From positions 9,977 through 73,976 of the forward strand of contig CAZVMH010000004.1 of NCBI GenBank assembly GCA_964628585.1: a stretch of 64,000 nucleotides of DNA, read 5' to 3'. The notes beneath the pieces are model-generated. The model made no database searches. It was not told where the DNA came from and worked only from the letters and a program-made list of their open reading frames with translations. This document shows positions 28,389 through 38,342 of the stretch, in pieces (position 1 is the first letter of the stretch; each line of letters begins with the position of its first letter). This DNA comes from an uncultured Candidatus Saccharibacteria bacterium (GTDB lineage Bacteria > Patescibacteriota > UBA1384 > XYA2-FULL-43-10 > 1-14-0-10-43-13). Made by a program: the position numbers and the translations under genes.

Positions 28389-29006
28389 CTATACTTGTGG
28401 TGCTGCCGGTGGAGGAGTTGGTGTAGAACCCTGTCCATTGGCGTCTGCTGGCTGTGCTGGCACTTCTTCTTCTCCAATAGCTGGATTGGCAGAAGGGGTT
28501 GCAGGAGCTGCTGGAGCAACATCGGTATCTGCTGGTGCAGCAGGAGTCATAATTGTTGGCTCAGCTGGAGCAAATGGTGATGCTGGTGCAGGTGTCTCAT
28601 CTTTTTCGGGTATTATATCTCCAGCCATAGATGACTGAGTGTCAGACACTGGTGGCATACCACCTGTTGCAGGTGCAGCTGTATCATCTGCATCATCTGC
28701 AGGTGGTGTTGTTTGTGGTGCGCTACCTGCTGGTGCAGCTGTATCATCTGCAGGTGGTGTTGGATTCATTGGATCGTCACTCATAGATTCCTCCGTTTCA
28801 TTTGACTTATTATTGTTACCAAATAGATCTTCATGTTTTTCGCCGGTCAATTTTTCAAGATGATGAACGCCAACCAAAATGGCGCATGGCTTACCATTTT
28901 TAGTCATCACATACATATTATCAGAAGATTCAACTGAGTCAATGAGTTGGTTCAATTTATCTCTTGCTTCCGTAACTGGTAAGATGTTATCAACTTGTAC
29001 TTCAAG
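28389..29006 (-). CDS. Phd/YefM-like antitoxin-fold domain fused to a 150-aa Pro/Ala/Thr/Asp-rich disordered tail
   Basis: N-terminal MLEVQVDNILPVTEARDKLNQLIDSVESSDNMYVMTKNGKPCAILVGVHHLEKLTGE resembles Phd/YefM. The remainder is low complexity (PADDTAAPA repeats). The ORF track starts 11 codons earlier. Confidence 0.5.
   Translation of the reverse strand, partial: LEVQVDNILPVTEARDKLNQLIDSVESSDNMYVMTKNGKPCAILVGVHHLEKLTGEKHEDLFGNNNKSNETEESMSDDPMNPTPPADDTAAPAGSAPQTTPPADDADDTAAPATGGMPPVSDTQSSMAGDIIPEKDETPAPASPFAPAEPTIMTPAAPADTDVAPAAPATPSANPAIGEEEVPAQPADANGQGSTPTPPPAAPQV
28640..28760. repeat. Coding low-complexity direct repeats (ggtgcagctgtatcatctgca units) in the disordered tail
   Basis: Direct reading of the sequence. 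Explains the spurious Trp/Cys-rich ORFs on the opposite strand. Confidence 0.7.
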
Positions 29007-29020
29007 CATATTCCCTCCAA

Positions 29021-29440
29021 TTATTTTTTGTAGGTCCAAAGTTTGTTACCAAAGAAGTTCCAAAGAGTAGCAGCACCTGAAGCGGCAATTAGAGCGACAA
29101 TTTGACCTTGGTCTAGGTTAAATCTGGTATATTTGAAAGCTAAGTAATTTATACCCCAACCAATCAAACTGACAACTAAGAATTTGATAAAAAGTTTTCC
29201 ACTGGCACCAGTATTATTACCAACAGCCGTTTTGTATTCTTTTTTGAAAGTCCAAATTGTGTTCCACAGGTAAGAATTAGTAACTGCTATCAAAAATGCA
29301 ATTGCTTTGGCGGTTGGTTCGAAGCTTTTTTCGGTAGCAATATAATGGGTGATGACAAAGAAAACAACCCAATCAACGGCTGTATTAGTAATGCCAACTA
29401 TACCAAATTTAATAAACTGAACAAGCCCTTCTGATTTCAT
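29021..29440 (-). CDS. GtrA-family membrane protein
   Basis: 139 aa, 4 TM. FIKFGIVGITNTAVDWVVFF pattern. Confidence 0.7.
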   Translation of the reverse strand: MKSEGLVQFIKFGIVGITNTAVDWVVFFVITHYIATEKSFEPTAKAIAFLIAVTNSYLWNTIWTFKKEYKTAVGNNTGASGKLFIKFLVVSLIGWGINYLAFKYTRFNLDQGQIVALIAASGAATLWNFFGNKLWTYKK

Positions 29441-29487
29441 GACTATATTATAGCCAACAACTTCATATCTAGCAAATTATATAAACA

Positions 29488-30558
29488 TTAGAGTAATTTT
29501 TCATCTAATTTCTGCAACAAATCTTTAATTTTATGTGATTCCTTTGTATTACAAACAAGAAGTGCATCGGGTGTATCAATGATTGCAATGTCTTTCAAAC
29601 CCACAGTAGCGATCAATTTTTTACCAGCCCAAACAAGACAGTTTTTGCTGTCTACACCTATATGTTGACCATTCTCGACTATTGAGACATTATCTTTGCC
29701 AGAAAGAGCCTCAAGTAGCGAACCCCATGTACCAGCATCGGACCAGCCAAAGTCAGCTGGAATGACATAAATCTCTTTAATTTTTTCCATAATGCCATAA
29801 TCAATAGATGTTTTTTCAGTTTTTGCATACTCAATTTTTAGAACCTTCTTTTCATCTTTTGTCCCAATAGCCTCTACAATTTTTTCAAGCACTAAATGGG
29901 TCTCTGGCATATATTTTTTATATAAATTCAAAATATGTGAGTTTTTCCAGATAAAAATGCCAGCATTCCAGTAAAACTTTTTCGAGATTAAGTATTTTTC
30001 AGCTGTAACTACGTCTGGCTTTTCCACAAATCGTTTCATCTGGTAAACAACTGATGGAAAATTTATCTTTTTTTCTATCTCGATATAACCAAAATCAACA
30101 GCTGGTTTAGTCGGTAAAATTCCTAAAGCAATAATATGATCAGGGTTTTTGTCTAAAAGCTGTTTTGCGATTTTGATTGTTTCAATAAATTCTTTTGGGT
30201 TTTGAATTAACGCATCGGCTGGAAGAAAAATTGCACCAGAACTAGGATCGCGTTGTTCAAGTGTAGCAGAGACAAGCCCACAGGCTGGAGCATTGCCCCT
30301 AAGAGCGGGTTCAACAATATAATTTTTGACTGGTATTTCTGGCAACATCTTTTTAATTTTAGCCACAAACTCTGGTACAGTTGAAATAATTATTTCTTTT
30401 GGAGAAAAGAGAGGGAGCAGGCGCAAAAAAGTTTCACGCAAAAGAGGATTCTCTCCTCCAATGGGGTGAAATTGTTTAGGTGTCTTCCGACGCGAAACAG
30501 GCCATAGTCTAGTTCCTACGCCTCCTGCCATTATTACAGCATAGAAATTATTCTTCAT
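29488..30558 (-). CDS. manC: Mannose-1-phosphate guanylyltransferase (no PMI domain)
   Basis: AVIMAGGVGTRLWPVSRRKTPKQF nucleotidyltransferase N-terminus with the typical GDP-mannose pyrophosphorylase layout. Confidence 0.75.
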   Translation of the reverse strand: MKNNFYAVIMAGGVGTRLWPVSRRKTPKQFHPIGGENPLLRETFLRLLPLFSPKEIIISTVPEFVAKIKKMLPEIPVKNYIVEPALRGNAPACGLVSATLEQRDPSSGAIFLPADALIQNPKEFIETIKIAKQLLDKNPDHIIALGILPTKPAVDFGYIEIEKKINFPSVVYQMKRFVEKPDVVTAEKYLISKKFYWNAGIFIWKNSHILNLYKKYMPETHLVLEKIVEAIGTKDEKKVLKIEYAKTEKTSIDYGIMEKIKEIYVIPADFGWSDAGTWGSLLEALSGKDNVSIVENGQHIGVDSKNCLVWAGKKLIATVGLKDIAIIDTPDALLVCNTKESHKIKDLLQKLDEKLL

Positions 30559-30590
30559 TATTTTTAAATTTTAAATTAGTAAATTGTAAA

Positions 30591-31508
30591 TTATTGAAGG
30601 TATTCTTTAACCATTTTTTGCCAGTCTCTGACTTTAAAATTCATAGTTTTCTCTATTTTCTCTTTTGAGAGATAGGTATAAGGTGGGCGTTTAGCTTTTT
30701 GGGGGTATTGATCAGAAGCAATTGGCTTCAAATTGATATCAATGCACACTATTTTAAATATCTCTTTAGCAAAATCATACCAGGAACAAGGGCCATTGCC
30801 AGAAAAATGATAAGTGCCAAAGGGTACAGATTTGCGGTTTGCTGTTTGCTGTTCGCGGTTGTTCTTACTGCCGGCTACCAACTGCCAACTGCTAACTATC
30901 CTGTCCATTAATTCTACCAGGTCTTTTGTATATGTGGGTGAGCCTATCTGATCATTTACAACTGTCAGAGAATCTCTTTCTCGGCCGAGACGCAACATTG
31001 TCTCGACAAAATTTGTGCCAGTGTGTCCTTCTGGTAGCTCGCCAAAAAGCCAAGCGACGCGTAAAATATAGTATTTTTCACAAATATTTCGAACATACTC
31101 CTCGCCATCGAATTTGCTTTTGCCGTACACGGATAGTGGATTAGCATCATCTTCTTCTCTATATGGTTGACCCTTTTCTCCATCGAAAACGTAATCGGTC
31201 GAAATGTAAATTATTGGGATATCAAAACTTTTTGCCACTTCGGCCAAGTTTTTGCTTCCTTCTGCGTTGATTTTGAAGCATAGCTCTTTTTCTTCTTCGG
31301 CGAGATCAACCTTAGTATAAGCAGCTCCATGAATAATAAAGTTTGGTTCCTCCGACTCGACAACATTGAGAACTTTTGACTTGTCCGTAATATCCATCTC
31401 TTCCGAATCGGTCAGAATCAAATCATATTTATTACCAAGCAAATCAATAATTTTTTTGCCAAGCTGGCCTTTTGCACCTGTAACCAGAATCTTTTTACTG
31501 TTTTTCAT
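30591..31508 (-). CDS. rfbD: dTDP-4-dehydrorhamnose reductase
   Basis: KILVTGAKGQLG, YISTDYVFDG, GxPT motifs. Start set at the internal Met MKNSKKILVTG; the ORF track extends to 31613, overlapping rfbB. Confidence 0.8.
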   Translation of the reverse strand: MKNSKKILVTGAKGQLGKKIIDLLGNKYDLILTDSEEMDITDKSKVLNVVESEEPNFIIHGAAYTKVDLAEEEKELCFKINAEGSKNLAEVAKSFDIPIIYISTDYVFDGEKGQPYREEDDANPLSVYGKSKFDGEEYVRNICEKYYILRVAWLFGELPEGHTGTNFVETMLRLGRERDSLTVVNDQIGSPTYTKDLVELMDRIVSSWQLVAGSKNNREQQTANRKSVPFGTYHFSGNGPCSWYDFAKEIFKIVCIDINLKPIASDQYPQKAKRPPYTYLSKEKIEKTMNFKVRDWQKMVKEYLQ

Positions 31509-32511
31509 TTTGTTTTGCTCGTTGACTATCCAAATATTCTTTTGAGAGAATTCTTTTCCACCATTCTTCATTTTTTTTATACCATTCGATGGTTTTTTTA
31601 ATACCTTCCTCAAAGTTTACTGATGGCTCCCAGCCAAGTTCTGCGGATATTTTTGAGTGATCGATGGCGTAGCGCATATCGTGGCCCTTGCGATCCTCCA
31701 CAAAAGTTTTGAGAGATTCTGGCTTATCCAAGGCACTCAAAATAGCATCGGCAACATCTAGGCCATTCTTTTCTGAGTCACCACCAATACAGTAGGTTTC
31801 GCCAATTTTTCCTTTATGCAAAATAAGATCAATGGCGGAGCAATGGTCTGTGACATAAAGATAATCGCGAATGGCTTTGCCTGTGCCATAAATTGGCAGT
31901 GGCTTATCGGCAAAAGCATTTAATATGAAGAGGGGAATAACTTTTTCTGGAAAATGGAATGGCCCGTAGTTATTTGTGCAGTTTGATATAGTGATTGGCA
32001 GGCCATAAGTATCAAAATATGCTCGAACAAGATGGTCTGAGCCAGCCTTAGAAGCGGAGTAGGGCGAATGAGGCAAATATGGCGTATTCTCGTCAAACTT
32101 TTCATCTAGGTTATCTAAAGACAAGGAACCAAAAACTTCATCTGTCGAGACATGATGAAAACGTTTTATGCCCATTTCTTTGGCTATATCAAGCAAAACT
32201 TGAGTTCCGATCACATTTGTCTGAACAAATAATCCCGGACCTGTAATTGAGCGATCCACGTGCGATTCAGCCGCAAAGTGGACTACAAAATCACAATCTT
32301 TCATGGCTTTCTCTACATCATCTCTATTACAAATGTCGCCTTGAGTGAACTGATAATTTGGATTCTTCTCGACTGATTTTAAATTCTCCAAATTGCCAGC
32401 ATAAGTAAGTTTGTCCAGATTAATAATTTTGTAATCAGGATACTTTTCCAACATAAACAAAATAAAGTTTGAACCAATGAATCCGGCTCCGCCGGTAACT
32501 AAAATTTTCAT
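31495..32511 (-). CDS. rfbB: dTDP-glucose 4,6-dehydratase
   Basis: MKILVTGGAGFIGSNF, YxxxK SDR catalytic pattern. Order with rfbA/C/D. Confidence 0.9.
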   Translation of the reverse strand: MKILVTGGAGFIGSNFILFMLEKYPDYKIINLDKLTYAGNLENLKSVEKNPNYQFTQGDICNRDDVEKAMKDCDFVVHFAAESHVDRSITGPGLFVQTNVIGTQVLLDIAKEMGIKRFHHVSTDEVFGSLSLDNLDEKFDENTPYLPHSPYSASKAGSDHLVRAYFDTYGLPITISNCTNNYGPFHFPEKVIPLFILNAFADKPLPIYGTGKAIRDYLYVTDHCSAIDLILHKGKIGETYCIGGDSEKNGLDVADAILSALDKPESLKTFVEDRKGHDMRYAIDHSKISAELGWEPSVNFEEGIKKTIEWYKKNEEWWKRILSKEYLDSQRAKQNEKQ

Positions 32512-32519
32512 ACAACTCC

Positions 32520-32996
32520 TTATTTAAGTGAATCCCAATCGAAACCTATTTTCTTATCGAAAGGATCAATTCTTTCTTCGTCTGGATTTTCCTTGTCATA
32601 TGCTTTAGTAACATGATAAAAAAGCAAACAAGGTTCTTCCGATAGAACTTTGTATCCATGTACTACGCCAACAGGAATTAGAACCAACTTGTAGTCATCA
32701 GTGCCACCATAAATAACTTGCGTCTCTCCTTTGGTAGCAGAATTCTCTCTTTGGTCATAGAGAACAATTGCTGATCGGCCAGTTGCTAAAAACCAAAGAT
32801 CGTCTTGGTTTTTATGCCAATGGAATGCTTTTATTATACCCTTGGATGCGATAGTAAAATTACTTTGTCCAAAATGGTTTAACATCTTATCATCATCACG
32901 TAGAACTTCCATAAAGATGCCTGGTTCGATATCTTGTTCTAGATCTGGTTTATCTTTAAAAACCTTTAGCTCTTTGATCTTCACTCCATCAATCAT
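32520..32996 (-). CDS. rfbC: dTDP-4-dehydrorhamnose 3,5-epimerase (short cupin form)
   Basis: Cupin pattern HWHKNQDDLWFLATGRSAIVLYD. Sits between rfbA and rfbB. Confidence 0.65.
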   Translation of the reverse strand: MIDGVKIKELKVFKDKPDLEQDIEPGIFMEVLRDDDKMLNHFGQSNFTIASKGIIKAFHWHKNQDDLWFLATGRSAIVLYDQRENSATKGETQVIYGGTDDYKLVLIPVGVVHGYKVLSEEPCLLFYHVTKAYDKENPDEERIDPFDKKIGFDWDSLK

Positions 32997-33868
32997 TGTT
33001 TAATTTCCCTTTCGATAGTTCTTAAATAATCTGCGTAACTAGACTTTCCCATTTTTTCAATAGCTTTGTCGAGTTCCTTATTGTCTATCCAGTCACTTCG
33101 ATAAGCGATCTCTTCAATACAGGCGATATTGTGACCAGTCATTTCTTGAATGATTTTTACATAGTTTCCAGCTTTATTCATTGCTTCATGAGTTCCTGTA
33201 TCAAGCCAGGCCATTCCGCGAGGGAGAACAGTTACATTCAATTCTTTTCGATCTAAAAATTTCCGATTTAAATCTGTAATCTCTAATTCGCCTCGTGCGG
33301 AAGGCTTAAGATTGTGTGCTTCTTCTACAACTTCTGGGCCATAAAAATATAATCCGGGTATGGCATAGTTAGACTTTGGCTTTTGAGGCTTTTCCTCGAG
33401 AGACAAAACTTTTCCATTTTTGTCGAAATCAACGACCCCAAATCTTTCCGGGTCTGGAACGTGGATGGCAAAGATATGTCCGCCCTTTTTGATTTTTTTG
33501 GCTTCCTTAAGAACACCGGTTAAACCGGCGGAGTAAAAAATATTGTCACCTAAAATCATAGCTACAGAATCTTTGCCAATAAATGAATCTCCAATTGTAA
33601 AAGCTTCAGCCAAACCATTTGGAGCATCTTGGACAGCATAAGAAAACTTCATTCCAATCTCTTCTCCGCTGTCCAAAAGTTTTTCAAATTGAGGGAGGTC
33701 GTGAGGAGTAGAAATAATTAGAACTTCTCGAATTCCAGCCAACATTAAGACTGATAGCGGGTAATAGATCATTGGCTTATCATATATTGCCATCATTTGT
33801 TTACTCACGGCGAGGGTTGCGGGGTATAGTCTTGTGCCAGAACCTCCCGCTAAAATGATACCCTTCAT
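32993..33868 (-). CDS. rfbA: Glucose-1-phosphate thymidylyltransferase
   Basis: MKGIILAGGSGTRLYPATLAVSKQMMAIYDKPMIYYPLSVLMLAGI. Confidence 0.9.
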   Translation of the reverse strand: MKGIILAGGSGTRLYPATLAVSKQMMAIYDKPMIYYPLSVLMLAGIREVLIISTPHDLPQFEKLLDSGEEIGMKFSYAVQDAPNGLAEAFTIGDSFIGKDSVAMILGDNIFYSAGLTGVLKEAKKIKKGGHIFAIHVPDPERFGVVDFDKNGKVLSLEEKPQKPKSNYAIPGLYFYGPEVVEEAHNLKPSARGELEITDLNRKFLDRKELNVTVLPRGMAWLDTGTHEAMNKAGNYVKIIQEMTGHNIACIEEIAYRSDWIDNKELDKAIEKMGKSSYADYLRTIEREIKQ

Positions 33869-33944
33869 ATTTCTCCTTGTTTAAGTTTCCTCAAATAAGC
33901 ATACCGCAAAACTCTTTATCAATTCAACCTTAACTGCTATATTT

Positions 33945-35254
33945 ATGAATATGAAAAGTCAATTCAAAAATATGATTATTAGATTTATTGAGAAGATCCA
34001 TTTCAAAGCTTTCGGCCATCCTATGAGTTTTGAAATGAAATCCTTTTTAGGAAATCTCTCGTGGTCCTTTGTTTCTGGGGCTCTGGTGCTACCTCTAATG
34101 ATGATTGTCACTACCTTGGCGGGTAGATTAATCGGCCCAACCGAATATGGTAAATATAGTTTGTTGTTATTAATTAATCAATTTCTAATCATTTTCATTT
34201 TTTTTGGACTGGATACGACTTCAGTTAAATATATTGCTAAAGCAAGAAATTTTTCTGAAAAAAAAGAGTTGTTGCGACTATCACTAATTTTGTTTTTTTG
34301 ATATTGGCTTTATCGGCTGGGTTGGCCCTGCTCTTTTTCCCAATTCTGCTAAAATATTCAAAAGAATACTCGATCTTTATTCTTACTGTGGTTTATTATA
34401 CGGCTATACTTTCAATAAAGGTTACGTTTGACATAGTAATTCGGGGCATCGAACAGTTTAAAAGACAAGCGTTTGGAAAAGTACTTGAGGTTTGTACAGT
34501 ATTGATTGCATTTTTCTTAATTTTCTTTGTTTTTAGGTTTAAGAATTTTTTAGGACTTCTTCTTGTTTTAAATCTCGGTGCCATCACAATTTCAATTTAT
34601 TATTATTTACAATTGTCAAAATACTTGGGAAAAAGTGACAAAAATATTTTGCGGCAGCAGCTTGGAGAGGGCAAATTATTTTTCATTAGCGCGCTTCTGG
34701 GAACCTTGTTTTTATCTATCGATCGAATAGTTGTAGCTCGATATCTAGGAGTGAACACTCTTGGGATATATAGTGCTTATTATTTTGCTTCGTTTGGTGT
34801 CGTGTCTCAATTAACTCAATTATTTACGAATGTCTTTTTCCCAGTAACATCACGTCTTAAAGATAAATCATTCACAAAAAAGATTGATAAACTCATAGTA
34901 ATTGGTAGCATTCCACTCACAATTTTCTTTGGATTGATAATGACAATGATGCTCTTAATTTTTGGGAAGGACTATCCAATGAATCTCTGGTACATTATCG
35001 GATTTTCAGTTTTTTCGATGCTTTACTTTTTTCAGGGATTATATAACACAGTAATTGTCGACGTTAATAAGTCAGAGTATAAAAAATATTTGATTGCTCG
35101 CAATACAGTCAGCGTTGTTACCATTATTCTTTATGTTATTATCATTCTTCTCCATAAAATAACAATACCCATAATAATAACAACTTTAATTTTCAACATG
35201 TTGCTGACAATATTTATCGAGCGTTTGTTTATAAAAGACATGCAACAAAGATAA
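33945..35254 (+). pseudogene. Wzx-family polysaccharide flippase split into two ORFs (33945..34301 and 34298..35254) by a frameshift at a T7 homopolymer; paralog of 46373..47686
   Basis: N-terminal ORF aligns with the N-terminus of the intact flippase (GNLSWSF...TLAGRL.GP..YG.Y). A +1 T in the run 34293..34299 would fuse the frames. The second ORF starts with TTG. Confidence 0.6.
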
Positions 35255-35315
35255 TTGCCGTGACGATTGAAATGTGATACGTTAAACTCGTAAAATAATT
35301 AATAAAAAAAGAATT

Positions 35316-36314
35316 ATGTTAAACAATAAGACAATCTTGATCACTGGCGGAACTGGTTCTTTTGGGAAAAAATTTACAGAGAGGATCCTTTCGGAGTATA
35401 AGCCCAAAAAAATCATTATTTACTCCAGAGACGAATATAAGCAGTATATGATGCGTAAAACATACTTCAAATGGGATAAGAAACTTCGTTTTTTTATTGG
35501 AGATGTTCGGGACAAAGAGAGAATGTATAGAGCCATGGATGGTGTTGATATTGTGATTCATGCAGCGGCTGTAAAACATGTTGATATTGCTGAATATAAT
35601 CCGCTCGAGGCCATAAAAACTAATATAGATGGAGCTCGGAATGTAATCGATACAGCAATCGATCAGGGTGTTGAAAAAATTGTTGCTTTGTCGACCGATA
35701 AAGCAGTTAATCCGATAAATCTTTATGGTGCAACAAAACTAGTGTCAGATAAATTATTTGTTTCTGCTAATGCCTATGTCGGTAAAAAGAAAACAACTTT
35801 CAGTGTAGTCAGATATGGTAACGTTTCAGGCAGTCGTGGTTCTGTTATTCCATTTTTTCAAACACTAATTGATAAAGGTGAAAGATCTTTACCCATAACG
35901 GATACTAGAATGACTCGTTTTTGGATTACGCTTGACCAAGGAGTTGACTTGGTGTTTGAAGCTCTAAATGAGGCTAAGGGCGGAGAAATTTATGTTTCTA
36001 AGATTCCTTCTTATAAAATTACCGATTTAGCAAAGGCAATGTTGCCAGAATGTAAAATTAAAGCAGTTGGCATTAGAGCAGGAGAGAAGCTTCATGAGGT
36101 AATGATTACTGAAGAGGACTCTAGATTGACTTATGATTTCGGTAACTATTATATTATTTATCCAAACTTCGATTGGTGTAATATTGGGAAGCGTTTGAAA
36201 CATGGTGCTAAAAAAGTGAAAGAAGGGTTCAGGTACGCTTCAGATAATAATGAACAATGGCTTGATGTCAAGAATATTCAAGAAGGTCTTAAAAAAATTG
36301 ATATTGTTTTCTAG
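35316..36314 (+). CDS. pseB: UDP-N-acetylglucosamine 4,6-dehydratase (inverting), PseB-type
   Basis: MLNNKTILITGGTGSFGKKF, about 330 aa, DKAVNPINLYGATK pattern. Confidence 0.8.
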   Translation: MLNNKTILITGGTGSFGKKFTERILSEYKPKKIIIYSRDEYKQYMMRKTYFKWDKKLRFFIGDVRDKERMYRAMDGVDIVIHAAAVKHVDIAEYNPLEAIKTNIDGARNVIDTAIDQGVEKIVALSTDKAVNPINLYGATKLVSDKLFVSANAYVGKKKTTFSVVRYGNVSGSRGSVIPFFQTLIDKGERSLPITDTRMTRFWITLDQGVDLVFEALNEAKGGEIYVSKIPSYKITDLAKAMLPECKIKAVGIRAGEKLHEVMITEEDSRLTYDFGNYYIIYPNFDWCNIGKRLKHGAKKVKEGFRYASDNNEQWLDVKNIQEGLKKIDIVF

Positions 36315-36323
36315 GGAGAATTT

Positions 36324-37505
36324 ATGAGTGATTTTTTATCATATGGGAAGCAATGGCTCGATGGGCAAGACAAAAAGGCAGTTTTAGATGTCTTAAACAG
36401 TGATTTCTTAACTCAAGGACCAAAGGTTGAGGAATTCGAAAAAGCAATTTGCCAATATACCGGTGCTAAATATTGTGTTGCTGTTTCAAATGGAACAGCC
36501 GCACTTCATATTGCTGTTGCTTCACTAAATATCGAGAGCGGCATGGAAGGGATTACCACTCCAAATACCTTCGTTGCTTCTTCAAATTGCCTCATTTACA
36601 GTGGCTTAACTCCTAAATTCGTTGATATTGATTCCAAAACCTATAACATTGATACAGCAAAAATCAAAAGAGCAATTAATGATAATACCAAAGTAATCAT
36701 CCCTGTACATTTTGCTGGTCAACCAGCTGATATGGAAGAGATCTCCAAAATGGCAAAGGATAAAGATATTTATGTTATAGAAGATGCCGCCCATGCAATT
36801 GGTTCAAAATATCCAAATGGTAGCAAAGTAGGTTGTTGCAAATATTGTGATATGACCACTTTTTCTTTTCATCCTGTTAAAACAATTACAACCGGAGAAG
36901 GTGGGGCGATAACTACCAATGACGAAAAGATTTATAACAAACTTTTACTTTTGCGGTCACATGGAATAACGAAAGATCCGATATTATTAGAACAAAATGC
37001 AGGTCCTTGGTATTATGAAATGCAAAAATTAGGATTCAACTATAGAATTACAGATATTCAATCAGCCCTTGGGATCAGTCAACTTAAGAAACTTGATGGT
37101 TTTATTGAAAGAAGACGGGAAATTGTAAAGAAATATAATGAGGCTTTTTCTAAAACAGACACTTGTACGGTTCCATACGAAAAACCGAAAAACTACTCCG
37201 CTTTTCATTTGTATGTTTTAAAAATCGATTTTACAAAACTAGGTAAAACTAGAGCGGAGGTAATGCAGGCACTTAGGGAGAAAAATATTGGGACGCAAGT
37301 CCATTATATACCCGTCCACACTCAACCTTATTACCAAAAAGAGTTTGGGTACAGACAGGGGGATTATCCGTTTGCTGAAGATTACTACAATCAGGCACTT
37401 AGTTTGCCGCTTTACCCAAAGATGTCAGATGCGGAAGTTAATTATGTCATACAGAAAATCAAGCATATCTTGGGGGTTAAAGGAACTAGCAATGCAAGAA
37501 GGTAA
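36324..37505 (+). CDS. pseC: DegT/DnrJ/EryC1/StrS-family sugar aminotransferase, PseC-type
   Basis: Family pattern throughout, PLP-lysine region SFHPVKTITTGEGG. Position next to pseB. Confidence 0.75.
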   Translation: MSDFLSYGKQWLDGQDKKAVLDVLNSDFLTQGPKVEEFEKAICQYTGAKYCVAVSNGTAALHIAVASLNIESGMEGITTPNTFVASSNCLIYSGLTPKFVDIDSKTYNIDTAKIKRAINDNTKVIIPVHFAGQPADMEEISKMAKDKDIYVIEDAAHAIGSKYPNGSKVGCCKYCDMTTFSFHPVKTITTGEGGAITTNDEKIYNKLLLLRSHGITKDPILLEQNAGPWYYEMQKLGFNYRITDIQSALGISQLKKLDGFIERRREIVKKYNEAFSKTDTCTVPYEKPKNYSAFHLYVLKIDFTKLGKTRAEVMQALREKNIGTQVHYIPVHTQPYYQKEFGYRQGDYPFAEDYYNQALSLPLYPKMSDAEVNYVIQKIKHILGVKGTSNARR

Positions 37506-38334
37506 ATACAATCCAGTAGAAAAAGTAAAGATAGAACTAGACGAAGAATTGTTATTTGATATGGCAGTAAAGCGTTATGAATATTGGAGAGGCCATCCAG
37601 AAGATTTAAAAATATTCATTAAGTTACTTAAACAAGAGGTCGAAAGATTGGAGCAAAACTCAGATTCTATTCCAGAATTTTCCCTGCCCGAAAGTTCAAA
37701 ATACAAGGCGATCTGGGTAACTTCCGGTTCTGGAACGGTTAAAAAACCAGTAACCAATGCTCCTGGAGACGCCCCTAATCGTGAGCCAGGTAAAGAATGG
37801 TGCCAGGGTAGTGATAAAGTTAGGGTACTACATGCGATTAATATTATAGAAAAGATTAGCTTGGCTAATTCAGGTATCAAAGAGGAATCGTCTTCACGGG
37901 AAGAGCCGGATATTATAAAAGAATTTGGGCCTTACCTGATTTACAATGGAGTCGAGGAACAGAACCTTGATCTCCTGGACGAAGTAAAGAAGAGTAATAT
38001 TAAATTTCCAATTGAAAAAATATACATTCCAGAAGGAGAAATCAGCCGTACTGTTGATCAGGTAATAAACTTAAGATTCCCTCCAGACTTAGATTTTGCA
38101 ACTGAAGATAGAATAGGAGTTGTCACTCATGCACCTCATATCGCTAGGGTCATGAGGATGGTTAATAGATACAAAACAATACCAAAGCAAACTGTGGTGC
38201 GTGCGTTTCCTATTAAATTCCCTAAACCAGAGAATGAACTTGAGTTTGCAATTGGTGAAATAATGGGGGTTTTGGGATATGTAAGCCGTGACCAAGCTAC
38301 CCTAGAACCATATCCGTATATTATTGAAGGATAA
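37492..38334 (+). CDS. Hypothetical protein within the pse cluster
   Basis: Start at ATG 37492, overlapping the pseC end by 14 nt; the ORF track starts at 37288 inside pseC. No recognisable motif. Confidence 0.4.
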   Translation: MQEGKYNPVEKVKIELDEELLFDMAVKRYEYWRGHPEDLKIFIKLLKQEVERLEQNSDSIPEFSLPESSKYKAIWVTSGSGTVKKPVTNAPGDAPNREPGKEWCQGSDKVRVLHAINIIEKISLANSGIKEESSSREEPDIIKEFGPYLIYNGVEEQNLDLLDEVKKSNIKFPIEKIYIPEGEISRTVDQVINLRFPPDLDFATEDRIGVVTHAPHIARVMRMVNRYKTIPKQTVVRAFPIKFPKPENELEFAIGEIMGVLGYVSRDQATLEPYPYIIEG

Positions 38335-38342
38335 AAAAACAA

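Noticed and set aside
28640-28760. Possible CRISPR-like direct repeats
   Set aside because: They are short in-frame coding repeats within a gene. There are no regular spacers and no cas genes.
28353-28863. Trp/Cys/Gly-rich plus-strand ORFs (75, 92 and 74 aa)
   Set aside because: They are antisense to the low-complexity Pro/Ala/Asp tail of the Phd/YefM-like gene. The composition is a mirror artefact of the coding repeats.
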